From NCBI GenBank assembly GCA_903898215.1, contig CAIUEQ010000126.1, forward strand, positions 1 through 58,635: a stretch of DNA of 58,635 nt, given 5' to 3'. This document shows positions 19,369 through 27,774 of this stretch, piece by piece (the stretch's first letter is position 1; each line of letters starts with the position of its first letter). Below the pieces are notes generated by a model. The model did not search any database. It saw only the letters and a list, made by a program, of their open reading frames with translations, and was not told the DNA's origin. Both the position numbers and the translations under genes were made by a program. This DNA comes from an uncultured Bacteroidota bacterium. Its GTDB lineage: Bacteria; Bacteroidota; Bacteroidia; UKL13-3.

Positions 19369-20700
19369 TTAAAAGTCGGTGATGTTTTTATTTGATTCGG
19401 ATGCATTCATTGCATGTTCGAGATCGTTGTATTTAACTTTTATTTGATGAAAAGTTTCCCCATTTCCTGTGCGTTTTAATTCGCCAAGGCTTTCTAATTT
19501 ATTAATGATAAAACCAAGATTCAAATATGAAATATCAAGTCCGGGAATAAAATAATGTTCAACTTTGTTTGCCTCAATTGTTTCAGCAATCAGATCACAT
19601 TTTACCATGTTTTCAATTAAGATGCGACAAAGGTTTTGTGGGATGTCGAGCTTCTTAGAAACCTCCTCTACGTTAGGAGCCTTGAGGGCATCTTTAAATC
19701 GTTTTGCAATAAAATTCATAATAAACAAACTATAAAGCATTCGCATTTTATGACTGATATTTAATGTTTGAATATCGCCTTCAGACTCAACAACATTTTG
19801 AACACAATAGGAGATTTCGGCACCAACTAAAACGATGATCCAACTGTATTGAAGCCAAGTAATAAATAATGGGATCGAAGCAAAACTTCCATAGATAGCA
19901 TTGTATTTTGAAATGCCTATTTGAAACGCAATATATGCCCATTGAAAAATTTGGAATGCAACACCGGTTATTATACCAGCAGTTAGTGCCGACTTAGGTT
20001 TGATGCGTGTATTTGGCATCACTAGATAAACAAAAAAGAATAAAATACTTGTCGTAAAATATGGAAGAAAATTGATGCTGAATAGAATGAGATTTTCTAA
20101 ACTGTCATTTAAATATTCAATTTGTTTTGCAAAAATCTGGATGTAAGTTGATATAAAAATATTTACCGTTCCAGTTAATATGATTAAGATTGGTGCAACT
20201 AACATTATTGATAAATAATCTGTGAATTTGCGTAACCATGTTCGTCCTTTTTGTACAAACCAAATGGAGTTAAAAGCATTTTCGATATTTGATAAAACCT
20301 GAATAACCGACCAAAGCAATAATATCAAACCTAATCCGGCAATTAATCCGCCTTTGGTATTGCTTAGCATATTGTGAGAGTATGAAAGCAAGTTTGATAA
20401 TACTTCAGGTTGATTTGCAAATGCCAATTGCAATTGTTGGGTAAGATATGCCTCAAGACCGAAACCTTGAGCGATACCAAATATCATTGCGATAACCGGA
20501 ACAATAGAAAGTACACTAAACATTGTTAAAGCAGATGCATGTAAACTCAGACTTTTTCCCTGATAACCTTTGATGCCAAGAATAATAATTCGAACTAAAT
20601 AGATAAACCACCTTTGCCATTTGGGAAATGTTGAAAGTTTAACATGCCAAATATGACGTGAGAAAAAGTGTTTTGTTTTTTTAAAATTGAACTTAGCCAT
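19369..20700 (-). CDS. YihY/BrkB family membrane protein
   Basis: 443 aa with about six TM helices in the typical YihY layout, plus a soluble C-terminal extension of about 130 aa. Confidence 0.7.
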   Translation of the reverse strand: MAKFNFKKTKHFFSRHIWHVKLSTFPKWQRWFIYLVRIIILGIKGYQGKSLSLHASALTMFSVLSIVPVIAMIFGIAQGFGLEAYLTQQLQLAFANQPEVLSNLLSYSHNMLSNTKGGLIAGLGLILLLWSVIQVLSNIENAFNSIWFVQKGRTWLRKFTDYLSIMLVAPILIILTGTVNIFISTYIQIFAKQIEYLNDSLENLILFSINFLPYFTTSILFFFVYLVMPNTRIKPKSALTAGIITGVAFQIFQWAYIAFQIGISKYNAIYGSFASIPLFITWLQYSWIIVLVGAEISYCVQNVVESEGDIQTLNISHKMRMLYSLFIMNFIAKRFKDALKAPNVEEVSKKLDIPQNLCRILIENMVKCDLIAETIEANKVEHYFIPGLDISYLNLGFIINKLESLGELKRTGNGETFHQIKVKYNDLEHAMNASESNKNITDF

Positions 20701-20802
20701 TTATGAAAAAATTTGCTGCGTTAGCTTAATTAATAAGCATCAAATTTATTCAAAAAAGAAAAGAAAGTGGAAAATAAAAAAGTGGAATATTATAATTGAA
20801 AT

Positions 20803-20846
20803 AATCTTTTGTAGAGACGTTGCATGCAACGTCTCTACAAAAGATT
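20803..20846. repeat. 44-bp perfect palindrome (copy 1 of a repeated 36-bp palindromic element)
   Basis: AATCTTTTGTAGAGACGTTGCA|TGCAACGTCTCTACAAAAGATT. The core 20807-20842 is identical to 58547-58582. It overlaps the stop codon (20845-20847) of the minus-strand gene 20845-21291. Confidence 0.9.
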
Positions 20847-21291
20847 ACATTCCTGGAAACAATGCTTTACTCCAAGGAATTCGAGCAAGAATCATGATCA
20901 TTCCAATTGCAAAATACCTTAATGCAATTTTATGTTTAGAAAGTGAATTGGCAGCTTTTTTTGATAAAGTTCGTCCAACTTGAATAAAAGCAATTGCAAT
21001 AACCATTGTTGCAATATGTTCAACAGCAACAAATCTAAAACCTGCATTTTTCATCATCTCACCAGATTTAAATGCTTGGTCAACCGCAGGGCTGATGAAA
21101 TACAATATCAACCCGATTAATAATTGAGTATGGCAAAAAATGACAAATATAATTTGAGAAAGGTTGTCGGCCTTTTCAAAATCTTTCTTATTAATAACGC
21201 CTTGTGCAGCTTTTGTAATAGCATAAATGCCGGCAAATAAAACACCCCAGCGAAGGATGTTGTGAATGATAATTAGTGTATTGTACATCAT
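20845..21291 (-). CDS. Hypothetical 4-TM membrane protein
   Basis: 148 aa with four hydrophobic helices. No catalytic motif recognised. Confidence 0.6.
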   Translation of the reverse strand: MMYNTLIIIHNILRWGVLFAGIYAITKAAQGVINKKDFEKADNLSQIIFVIFCHTQLLIGLILYFISPAVDQAFKSGEMMKNAGFRFVAVEHIATMVIAIAFIQVGRTLSKKAANSLSKHKIALRYFAIGMIMILARIPWSKALFPGM

Positions 21292-21383
21292 AGAAATTTT
21301 TTCAAAAATAGAAACTAAATAACTACTCTAACAAAAATTTGTAAACAAAGTTTTTTATTTTAATTTTATGCAGCCTATTAAAT

Positions 21384-23450
21384 ATGATCTACTCGTTTTG
21401 GCATAAAGTTCCTTTTGTGAGGTTTCTGATTCCATTTGTTTTTGGTATCAGCACTTCCTTGTTTTTTCAATGTGATTTCTTCATTTCGTTTTTAGCTTTT
21501 ATTATTTCATTAAGTGGATTTTTTCTTGTATTTCTATTTTTAAAACGCATGCGTTATGCTGCATTAAATGGAATACTTCTTACGGCAACACTTTATTTCT
21601 TTGGCATTACGCTCAATCTGTTTCAAAATGAATTATTCAAAAACGATCATTATTCAAAAGTAAATTCAGCAAAATATTTGATCGTTAATGTGGATGAAGT
21701 TGTTCTCGAAAAATCGAAATCATATAAATTACACAGTAAAGTTTTAGGATATTTTGATTCATCATTTATACAAAAAAATTGCAGCGGAAACTTGATGTTA
21801 TATGTTGCAAAAGATTCACTCAGCAAACAATTAAAATATGGAGATGTGCTAATCATCAAAACCAATCTGATAGCTGAAGTTCCGCCACCACAAAACCCTG
21901 ACGAGTTTGATTATAAAAGATATTTACGATTTAACAATATTCATTTTCAGGCTTATCTCCGACAAAATGATTATCTAAAAACAACCCTCACAAAAACAAA
22001 TTGGTTGTTCAGTTGGGTGTATGATGTACAATATTATTTTAAACAAACGCTTGCAAAAAACATTGTTGCACATTCAGAAACTGCCGTTGCACAAGCATTG
22101 CTTTATGGATATGACGATGAGATTGACCCTGATGTTGTGCAGGCTTATGCAAATACCGGAACATTGCATGTGCTGGCAGTTTCGGGCATGCATGTTGGTT
22201 TAATTTTTATGATCTTAACATTGATGTTAAAGTTTATGGATAAAACCAAACGCACAAAACTTATTAAAAATATTATCATCATTTTAAGCTTGTGGGTTTA
22301 TTCATTGTTGTGTGGATTTTCTCCTTCCATTTTACGTGCAACAGTGATGTTTACTTTTATCATTTTAGGACAGATGTTTAGTCGACCAACAAACGTGTAT
22401 AATACATTGGCAATTTCAGCTTTTACATTAATGTGCATGGATACCAACATGCTCGCAAATGTTGGTTTTCAATTAAGTTATATGGCAGTTATCGGTATAG
22501 TTTTTTTGCAACCTTTTGTTAGCGAATGGTACGACCCAAAAAGTTGGTTAGGAATTCAAATTTGGGAAATCACAGCTATTTCAATTGCAGCACAGATCAT
22601 CACTTTTCCTCTTGGATTATTATATTTTCATCAGTTCCCGAATTACTTTTTATTTTCTAATCTTATCATAATTCCGCTTACCACAATTGTTATTTATATT
22701 GGTATCATTTTGGTGGCATTTTCAAAAATTCCAATTATTGCCTTATGGCTTGGAAAGCTTATGTACTGGGGAATTGCCTTAACAAATTTAATCGTAAAAT
22801 TTGTAGAACAGATGCCATTTTCTTATGTCAGCGGAATACATATCAGTATCATTCAAACCATTTTTATATTTATCGGACTGGCATTTTTTATTTCCTATTT
22901 CATCTTGCGAAGAACCATTTTTTTTAAACTTGGTTTGGTGATGAGTTGTTTGTTTTTGGGATTAAATGGGTTGCAGCAATATAAAAATCTCACTCAACAA
23001 AATATTGTCACGTATCATATTTCCAACCAAACAGCCATCAATTTTATTCAAGGAAATCACTCAACATTATTTATTGATTCGTTGCTTTGGGCTGATAAAA
23101 GCAAAGTGCATTTTCACATGCAGCAACATTTTTGGCATTGCGGAATGAAACAGCAGCAAATTTGTTATACCGATAACTCGTGGAAGAAAATTTTAATCAA
23201 GGATAAAAAAATTATTTTATCTGGAGAAGGTTTGCCAATATTTTCGTCAAACGATTCTTCGAATTTTATTCTTATCATTAAAAATAAAATTAAGCTGAAA
23301 GAATTTCTGCAAACTTTTCATCCATCGCAAGTAATCATTACAACAGCTGTAAAACCCTATCAAGCAAAGGCTATGAAAGCGTTATTGCATGAAAATAATA
23401 TTCCAGTTACATGTGTTGGCGAATCGGGAAGTTTTCAATTATCATTGTAG
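21384..23450 (+). CDS. ComEC/Rec2 family competence membrane protein
   Basis: 688 aa, polytopic, with the competence-domain motif GTLHVLAVSGMHVG. No HxHxDH metallo-beta-lactamase motif is visible in the C-terminal part. Confidence 0.8.
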   Translation: MIYSFWHKVPFVRFLIPFVFGISTSLFFQCDFFISFLAFIISLSGFFLVFLFLKRMRYAALNGILLTATLYFFGITLNLFQNELFKNDHYSKVNSAKYLIVNVDEVVLEKSKSYKLHSKVLGYFDSSFIQKNCSGNLMLYVAKDSLSKQLKYGDVLIIKTNLIAEVPPPQNPDEFDYKRYLRFNNIHFQAYLRQNDYLKTTLTKTNWLFSWVYDVQYYFKQTLAKNIVAHSETAVAQALLYGYDDEIDPDVVQAYANTGTLHVLAVSGMHVGLIFMILTLMLKFMDKTKRTKLIKNIIIILSLWVYSLLCGFSPSILRATVMFTFIILGQMFSRPTNVYNTLAISAFTLMCMDTNMLANVGFQLSYMAVIGIVFLQPFVSEWYDPKSWLGIQIWEITAISIAAQIITFPLGLLYFHQFPNYFLFSNLIIIPLTTIVIYIGIILVAFSKIPIIALWLGKLMYWGIALTNLIVKFVEQMPFSYVSGIHISIIQTIFIFIGLAFFISYFILRRTIFFKLGLVMSCLFLGLNGLQQYKNLTQQNIVTYHISNQTAINFIQGNHSTLFIDSLLWADKSKVHFHMQQHFWHCGMKQQQICYTDNSWKKILIKDKKIILSGEGLPIFSSNDSSNFILIIKNKIKLKEFLQTFHPSQVIITTAVKPYQAKAMKALLHENNIPVTCVGESGSFQLSL

Positions 23451-23465
23451 TTCTATTTTCACTAC

Positions 23466-24242
23466 ATGAGCAACCTTGTTTTATATGAAGTAAACGACCG
23501 TGTTGGTTACATCACGTTAAATCGTCCCGAAAAACGAAATGCATTAAGTTTCGAATTTGTGAATGAAATAAAATCGGTTTTTAAACAAGCCGAAGCCGAT
23601 AATAATTGCAAAGTAATTGTTATCAAGTCAAACGGTGAAGCTTTTTGCGCAGGAGCAGATTTAGGATATTTACAACAACTTCAAAACAATACTTATGAAG
23701 AAAATTTAGCCGACTCAAAAAACCTTTCAGAGTTGTTTCGTGTTATTTATCTTTCAGGAAAAGTTGTCATATCTCTGGTAAACGGACCGGCACTTGCAGG
23801 AGGGAGTGGATTGGCAACAGTTTGCGATTTTTGCTTTGCTACACCAAATTCAACCTTTGGATATACCGAAGTAAAAATTGGTTTTGTTCCTGCCATTGTG
23901 ATGGTTTTTTTAGTGAGAAAATTTGGAGAACAAAAAGCTAAACAATTGTTGTTAACCGGAGAAGTAATTGATGCGAATAATGCTTTTGAAATAGGGTTGA
24001 TAAACTATTTGGTAGACGAAAATTTTATCGATGAAGAAGTTAAAAACTTCGCCCAAAAATTATGTAAACAAACCTCCGGTCAGTCGCTAAAAATGGTAAA
24101 AGAAATGTTGGCAGAAGTTCAAAACATGACACTTGATGAAGGATTGAATTATGCTGCCGAAATGAATGCCAATGCACGTAAAACTGAGGATTGCAAACGA
24201 GGTATATCGGCATTTTTAAATAAAGAAAAACTAACCTGGTAA
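23466..24242 (+). CDS. Enoyl-CoA hydratase/isomerase (crotonase) family protein
   Basis: 258 aa with NRPEKRNAL, AFCAGADL and GPALAGGSGLA motifs. Confidence 0.85.
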   Translation: MSNLVLYEVNDRVGYITLNRPEKRNALSFEFVNEIKSVFKQAEADNNCKVIVIKSNGEAFCAGADLGYLQQLQNNTYEENLADSKNLSELFRVIYLSGKVVISLVNGPALAGGSGLATVCDFCFATPNSTFGYTEVKIGFVPAIVMVFLVRKFGEQKAKQLLLTGEVIDANNAFEIGLINYLVDENFIDEEVKNFAQKLCKQTSGQSLKMVKEMLAEVQNMTLDEGLNYAAEMNANARKTEDCKRGISAFLNKEKLTW

Positions 24243-24262
24243 AAAATAATTAACACCCAAAC

Positions 24263-24973
24263 ATGAAAAAAATTATTCAACTAGTTGCATTGTTAAGTAT
24301 GAGTTACTTCTCATTTGCGCAAACAAAAAACATTAAAGAAGGAGTTGCTGAATTCGACATTTCCTATCCGGCTCTTTCTGCTGAAATGAAGCAAATGGAA
24401 AGCATGCTTCCAACAAACATGAGCCTTTATTTTAAAAATGAATTAAGCAGAATCGAAATGATCACTTCAATGGGGTCTTCAATTGTGATTAACGATAACA
24501 CCAAAAAGGAAGTATCAGTTTTGATGGATATGATGGGTAAAAAAATTGCTATTAAACAAACACAAGATGAATTATCTCAAAAAGAAGCTGCATTAAAAAA
24601 GGAAGGTAAAATGCCAGAATACTCTATTGTTGAAACAAAAGAGAAAAAAATAATTGCAGGATACAAATGCAAAAAAGCAATTGTTAATTATACCCTCAAT
24701 GGCAAAAAAGAGCAAATGATATGTTATTACACCGAAGACTTACCCAAAATAAATAATGGCACCGATAACATGGCGCTTAAAGAGATCAAAGGGTTTTTGA
24801 TGGAATATAATATCAACCAAAACGGAGTGCAAATGCATATTATCGCAAAATCACTTAAAGCAGAAACTGTAGCCGATAAATTATTTACGGTACCTTCAGA
24901 TTTTAAAATATTAACTCAGGCAGAAATTGCTGAAATGATGGGCGGAATAGGAAAAGAAAGTGATTCGAAATAA
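24263..24973 (+). CDS. Hypothetical secreted protein
   Basis: 236 aa with signal peptide MKKIIQLVALLSMSYFSFAQ. No family assigned with confidence. Confidence 0.55.
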   Translation: MKKIIQLVALLSMSYFSFAQTKNIKEGVAEFDISYPALSAEMKQMESMLPTNMSLYFKNELSRIEMITSMGSSIVINDNTKKEVSVLMDMMGKKIAIKQTQDELSQKEAALKKEGKMPEYSIVETKEKKIIAGYKCKKAIVNYTLNGKKEQMICYYTEDLPKINNGTDNMALKEIKGFLMEYNINQNGVQMHIIAKSLKAETVADKLFTVPSDFKILTQAEIAEMMGGIGKESDSK

Positions 24974-25026
24974 TCAACTTTTTAAAGTAACTTTTGTTTA
25001 ATGTTTTTCCCTAAATAATCCCTAAA

Positions 25027-26163
25027 ATGAAAATCGGAATAGTTTGTTATCCAACATATGGTGGAAGTGGAGTTGTTGCTACCGAACTCGGAAAAGCATT
25101 GGCAATGCGTGGGCATGATGTTCATTTTATTTCTTACAAACAACCTGCACGATTAGATTTTTTTACAGGAAATATTTTTTTTCATGAAGTATACGTTTCC
25201 TATTATCCATTGTTTGATTTTCCTCCTTACGAAACAACTTTAACAAGTAGGTTAGTGGATGTTGTCAAACATGAAAAACTTGATTTGCTTCATGTACATT
25301 ATGCAATTCCACACGCTTCAGCAGCTGTGCTTGCAAAAGAAATTTTGGCAACACAGGGAATACATATTCCTATCATCACAACCTTACACGGAACCGATAT
25401 TACGCTTGTTGGAAAAGACCCATCTTTTGAACCCGTAGTGTCTTATTCGTTAAATATGTCGGATGGAATTACTGCAGTTTCCGAAGCTTTAAAAAAAGAT
25501 ACGTACGATCATTTTCAAACAAAAAAAGAGATAAAAGTAATTCCAAATTTTATTGATATCGAACGTTTCAGTAAAAAATCGAAAGATCATTTTCGTAAAG
25601 CCATTGCTGCAAAGGGCGAACATTTGATTGTTCATACTTCAAATTTCCGAAAAGTAAAACGTGTTGAGGATGTGGTAAAAGTTTTTAGTTTGATTAGAGA
25701 AAAAATCCCATCAAAATTATTGCTTGTCGGTGATGGTCCGGAAAGACAAAATATTGAAATGCTTTGTCGTGAATTTCATATCAATGACTCAGTAATTTTT
25801 TTAGGAAAACAAGATCCTGTTGAAGAAATCCTTTCTGTTGCCGACTTGTTTTTGATGCCTTCAGAAACAGAAAGTTTTGGTCTCTCAGCACTTGAAGCTA
25901 TGGCATGTGAAGTGCCTGTAGTTTCATCAAATGCCGGAGGAATTCCTGAGTTGAATATTGATGGTGAATCAGGATTTTTATGCAATGTAGGCGATGTGAA
26001 TGCGATGGCAGAAAAAGCAATTTATATTTTGAGTGATGATGCAATATTGAAAACATTTAAAGTAAATGCAAAGAAGCGTGCAATGGTTTTTCATATCGAT
26101 AAAATTGTTCCTCAATACGAACATTATTATGAAGAAGTAATTAAAAATTCGGTTGCATTGTAA
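25027..26163 (+). CDS. bshA: N-acetyl-alpha-D-glucosaminyl L-malate synthase (GT4)
   Basis: 378 aa. The N-terminus MKIGIVCYPTYGGSGVVATELGKALAMRGHDVHFI is typical of BshA. The C-terminal GT4 E-x7-E region reads ETESFGLSALEAMACEVP. Confidence 0.75.
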   Translation: MKIGIVCYPTYGGSGVVATELGKALAMRGHDVHFISYKQPARLDFFTGNIFFHEVYVSYYPLFDFPPYETTLTSRLVDVVKHEKLDLLHVHYAIPHASAAVLAKEILATQGIHIPIITTLHGTDITLVGKDPSFEPVVSYSLNMSDGITAVSEALKKDTYDHFQTKKEIKVIPNFIDIERFSKKSKDHFRKAIAAKGEHLIVHTSNFRKVKRVEDVVKVFSLIREKIPSKLLLVGDGPERQNIEMLCREFHINDSVIFLGKQDPVEEILSVADLFLMPSETESFGLSALEAMACEVPVVSSNAGGIPELNIDGESGFLCNVGDVNAMAEKAIYILSDDAILKTFKVNAKKRAMVFHIDKIVPQYEHYYEEVIKNSVAL

Positions 26164-26194
26164 TTAATTTCTTTTTCAATAACTTTTCCAATAA

Positions 26195-26214
26195 CCATGG
26201 GCTTCAGCCCATGG
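26195..26214. other. GC-cored hairpin CCATGGGC-TTCA-GCCCATGG
   Basis: Perfect 8-bp stem with a 4-nt loop, 32 nt after the bshA stop and with no following T-run. A related mini-hairpin, GGGC-TTTA-GCCC, is at 26238-26249. Confidence 0.6.
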
Positions 26215-26310
26215 AAACAGCAAATAAAGAACTCTCGGGGCTTTAGCCCAAATACATTCTCAATAAAATATTCCTGAAATAAATCCCGCAACTATTATGT
26301 TTGTGTTGCG

Positions 26311-27774
26311 ATGAATAAGATCTTCTCTTCCAAAAATTTTCCATTTGTTCTGATGGCGATTCTCTTGCCAAAATTTTCGATCATGGAAAAGATTCCCTTT
26401 TTTGGTGATGCGATTTCGTCAACAGCAAGAGCCGTTCAATATATTTTTGATCAGAATTTACTTACTATTTTTTATCCTATAGAAACCGACCCGGCTCATC
26501 CAACGCTTTATCCATGGCTAATGGCAGCTTGCTGGAAACTTTTCGGACGAACACTTTTGGTTTCACATCTCTATGCCTATTTCTGGTATTTATTTTTAAT
26601 TTTTATTTTCTATAAAATAGCAAAATTATTTATTGTAGATAAAGCAGATGTAAATAAAACACTCTTGTTATTTATTGCAATGCCAACCGCTCTTTCAATG
26701 TCGGCAATGATGTTAAATACAACTGCGGTGATGGCATTTTTTTTATTAGCCATTTATTCTTTGCTCACAAAAAATAATAAATGGTTTTTGGTAAGCACCA
26801 TTTTGATGATGCTTACTCATATGCAAGCACCATTTTTTTTATTGGCACTTGCGGCTACCGATTTTTTTCTGTCGATGAAAGAGAAGAGTTTTATCGTTTG
26901 GTTTAAAGAACGATTTGTTTTTTATGTTCTTCCATTTGCTGTTTTAGTGGCGTGGCTTACCTTACATTATTTACATACCGGCTGGTTGGTATTGTCGCCA
27001 AATTATTCTGATGCCGATAAATTAAATGGGTTTTCTCAATATGCTAAAAGCTTGTTAATAATGGCCTGGCGACTTGTTGATTTCGGAATGATTACATTTT
27101 ATATCATTTTTATTTATGCGCTCTTTAAAAAACTTGGCGATAAAAAATTGCAACAAGTTTGGTTGATATTGGCAATAGTTATTTGCGGATTGATGGCCAT
27201 ATTTTTAGAAAATACTATCGGGCATCGTTACTTTTTAGTCTTGGGTTTAATGATGATTATTATAGTGATGAACGCGCTACAATATTTTGCTCCACGACAA
27301 AAAAATATACTTTATGTTTTGCTATTGCTGTCTCTCGTTTTTGGAAATTTTTTATATTATCCCGGCAAAACTATTGGTGATGGAAACCTTGTATATCTTG
27401 GTTATTTTAATCTTGCCAAAACAATTAAAAATGATTTTAGTGATACCACAGTTTTTTACAGTTATGCCCCAATTGCAAATCCATCTCAGTTAATGTATTT
27501 GAATGATGAAGGATTAAAAACTGAACGAATAAATGGGCAAAATTTAGATTCAATCCCTGCAATTATTCAATCGAATTTAAATGCAGAGTTTAGCGAAAGC
27601 GATAAGCAATATTTAGCTCAACATTTTTATGGAAAGAGTTATACAAAAGGTTCAGTTTATGTAAATGTTTTTCTTAATCCGAAATTTTATAAAAAGCCAG
27701 AAGGCTGGAAACTGCGTGTACCTTCAGGGTTTGAAAATTCGATGATTGAGATGAAATCGAAAATCAAAAATTAA
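26311..27774 (+). CDS. GT-C-like polytopic membrane protein (ArnT/PMT-like putative glycosyltransferase)
   Basis: 487 aa with about 10 TM helices and a soluble C-terminal domain. The layout resembles GT39/GT83-type enzymes. Not verified. Confidence 0.5.
   Translation: MNKIFSSKNFPFVLMAILLPKFSIMEKIPFFGDAISSTARAVQYIFDQNLLTIFYPIETDPAHPTLYPWLMAACWKLFGRTLLVSHLYAYFWYLFLIFIFYKIAKLFIVDKADVNKTLLLFIAMPTALSMSAMMLNTTAVMAFFLLAIYSLLTKNNKWFLVSTILMMLTHMQAPFFLLALAATDFFLSMKEKSFIVWFKERFVFYVLPFAVLVAWLTLHYLHTGWLVLSPNYSDADKLNGFSQYAKSLLIMAWRLVDFGMITFYIIFIYALFKKLGDKKLQQVWLILAIVICGLMAIFLENTIGHRYFLVLGLMMIIIVMNALQYFAPRQKNILYVLLLLSLVFGNFLYYPGKTIGDGNLVYLGYFNLAKTIKNDFSDTTVFYSYAPIANPSQLMYLNDEGLKTERINGQNLDSIPAIIQSNLNAEFSESDKQYLAQHFYGKSYTKGSVYVNVFLNPKFYKKPEGWKLRVPSGFENSMIEMKSKIKN

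Noticed and set aside
20687-20983. 98-aa plus-strand ORF spanning the palindromic element
   Set aside because: It runs through the palindrome (giving CRDVACNVST) and is antisense to the 3' end of the 20845-21291 gene. It has no recognisable motif and is most likely an artefact of the repeat.
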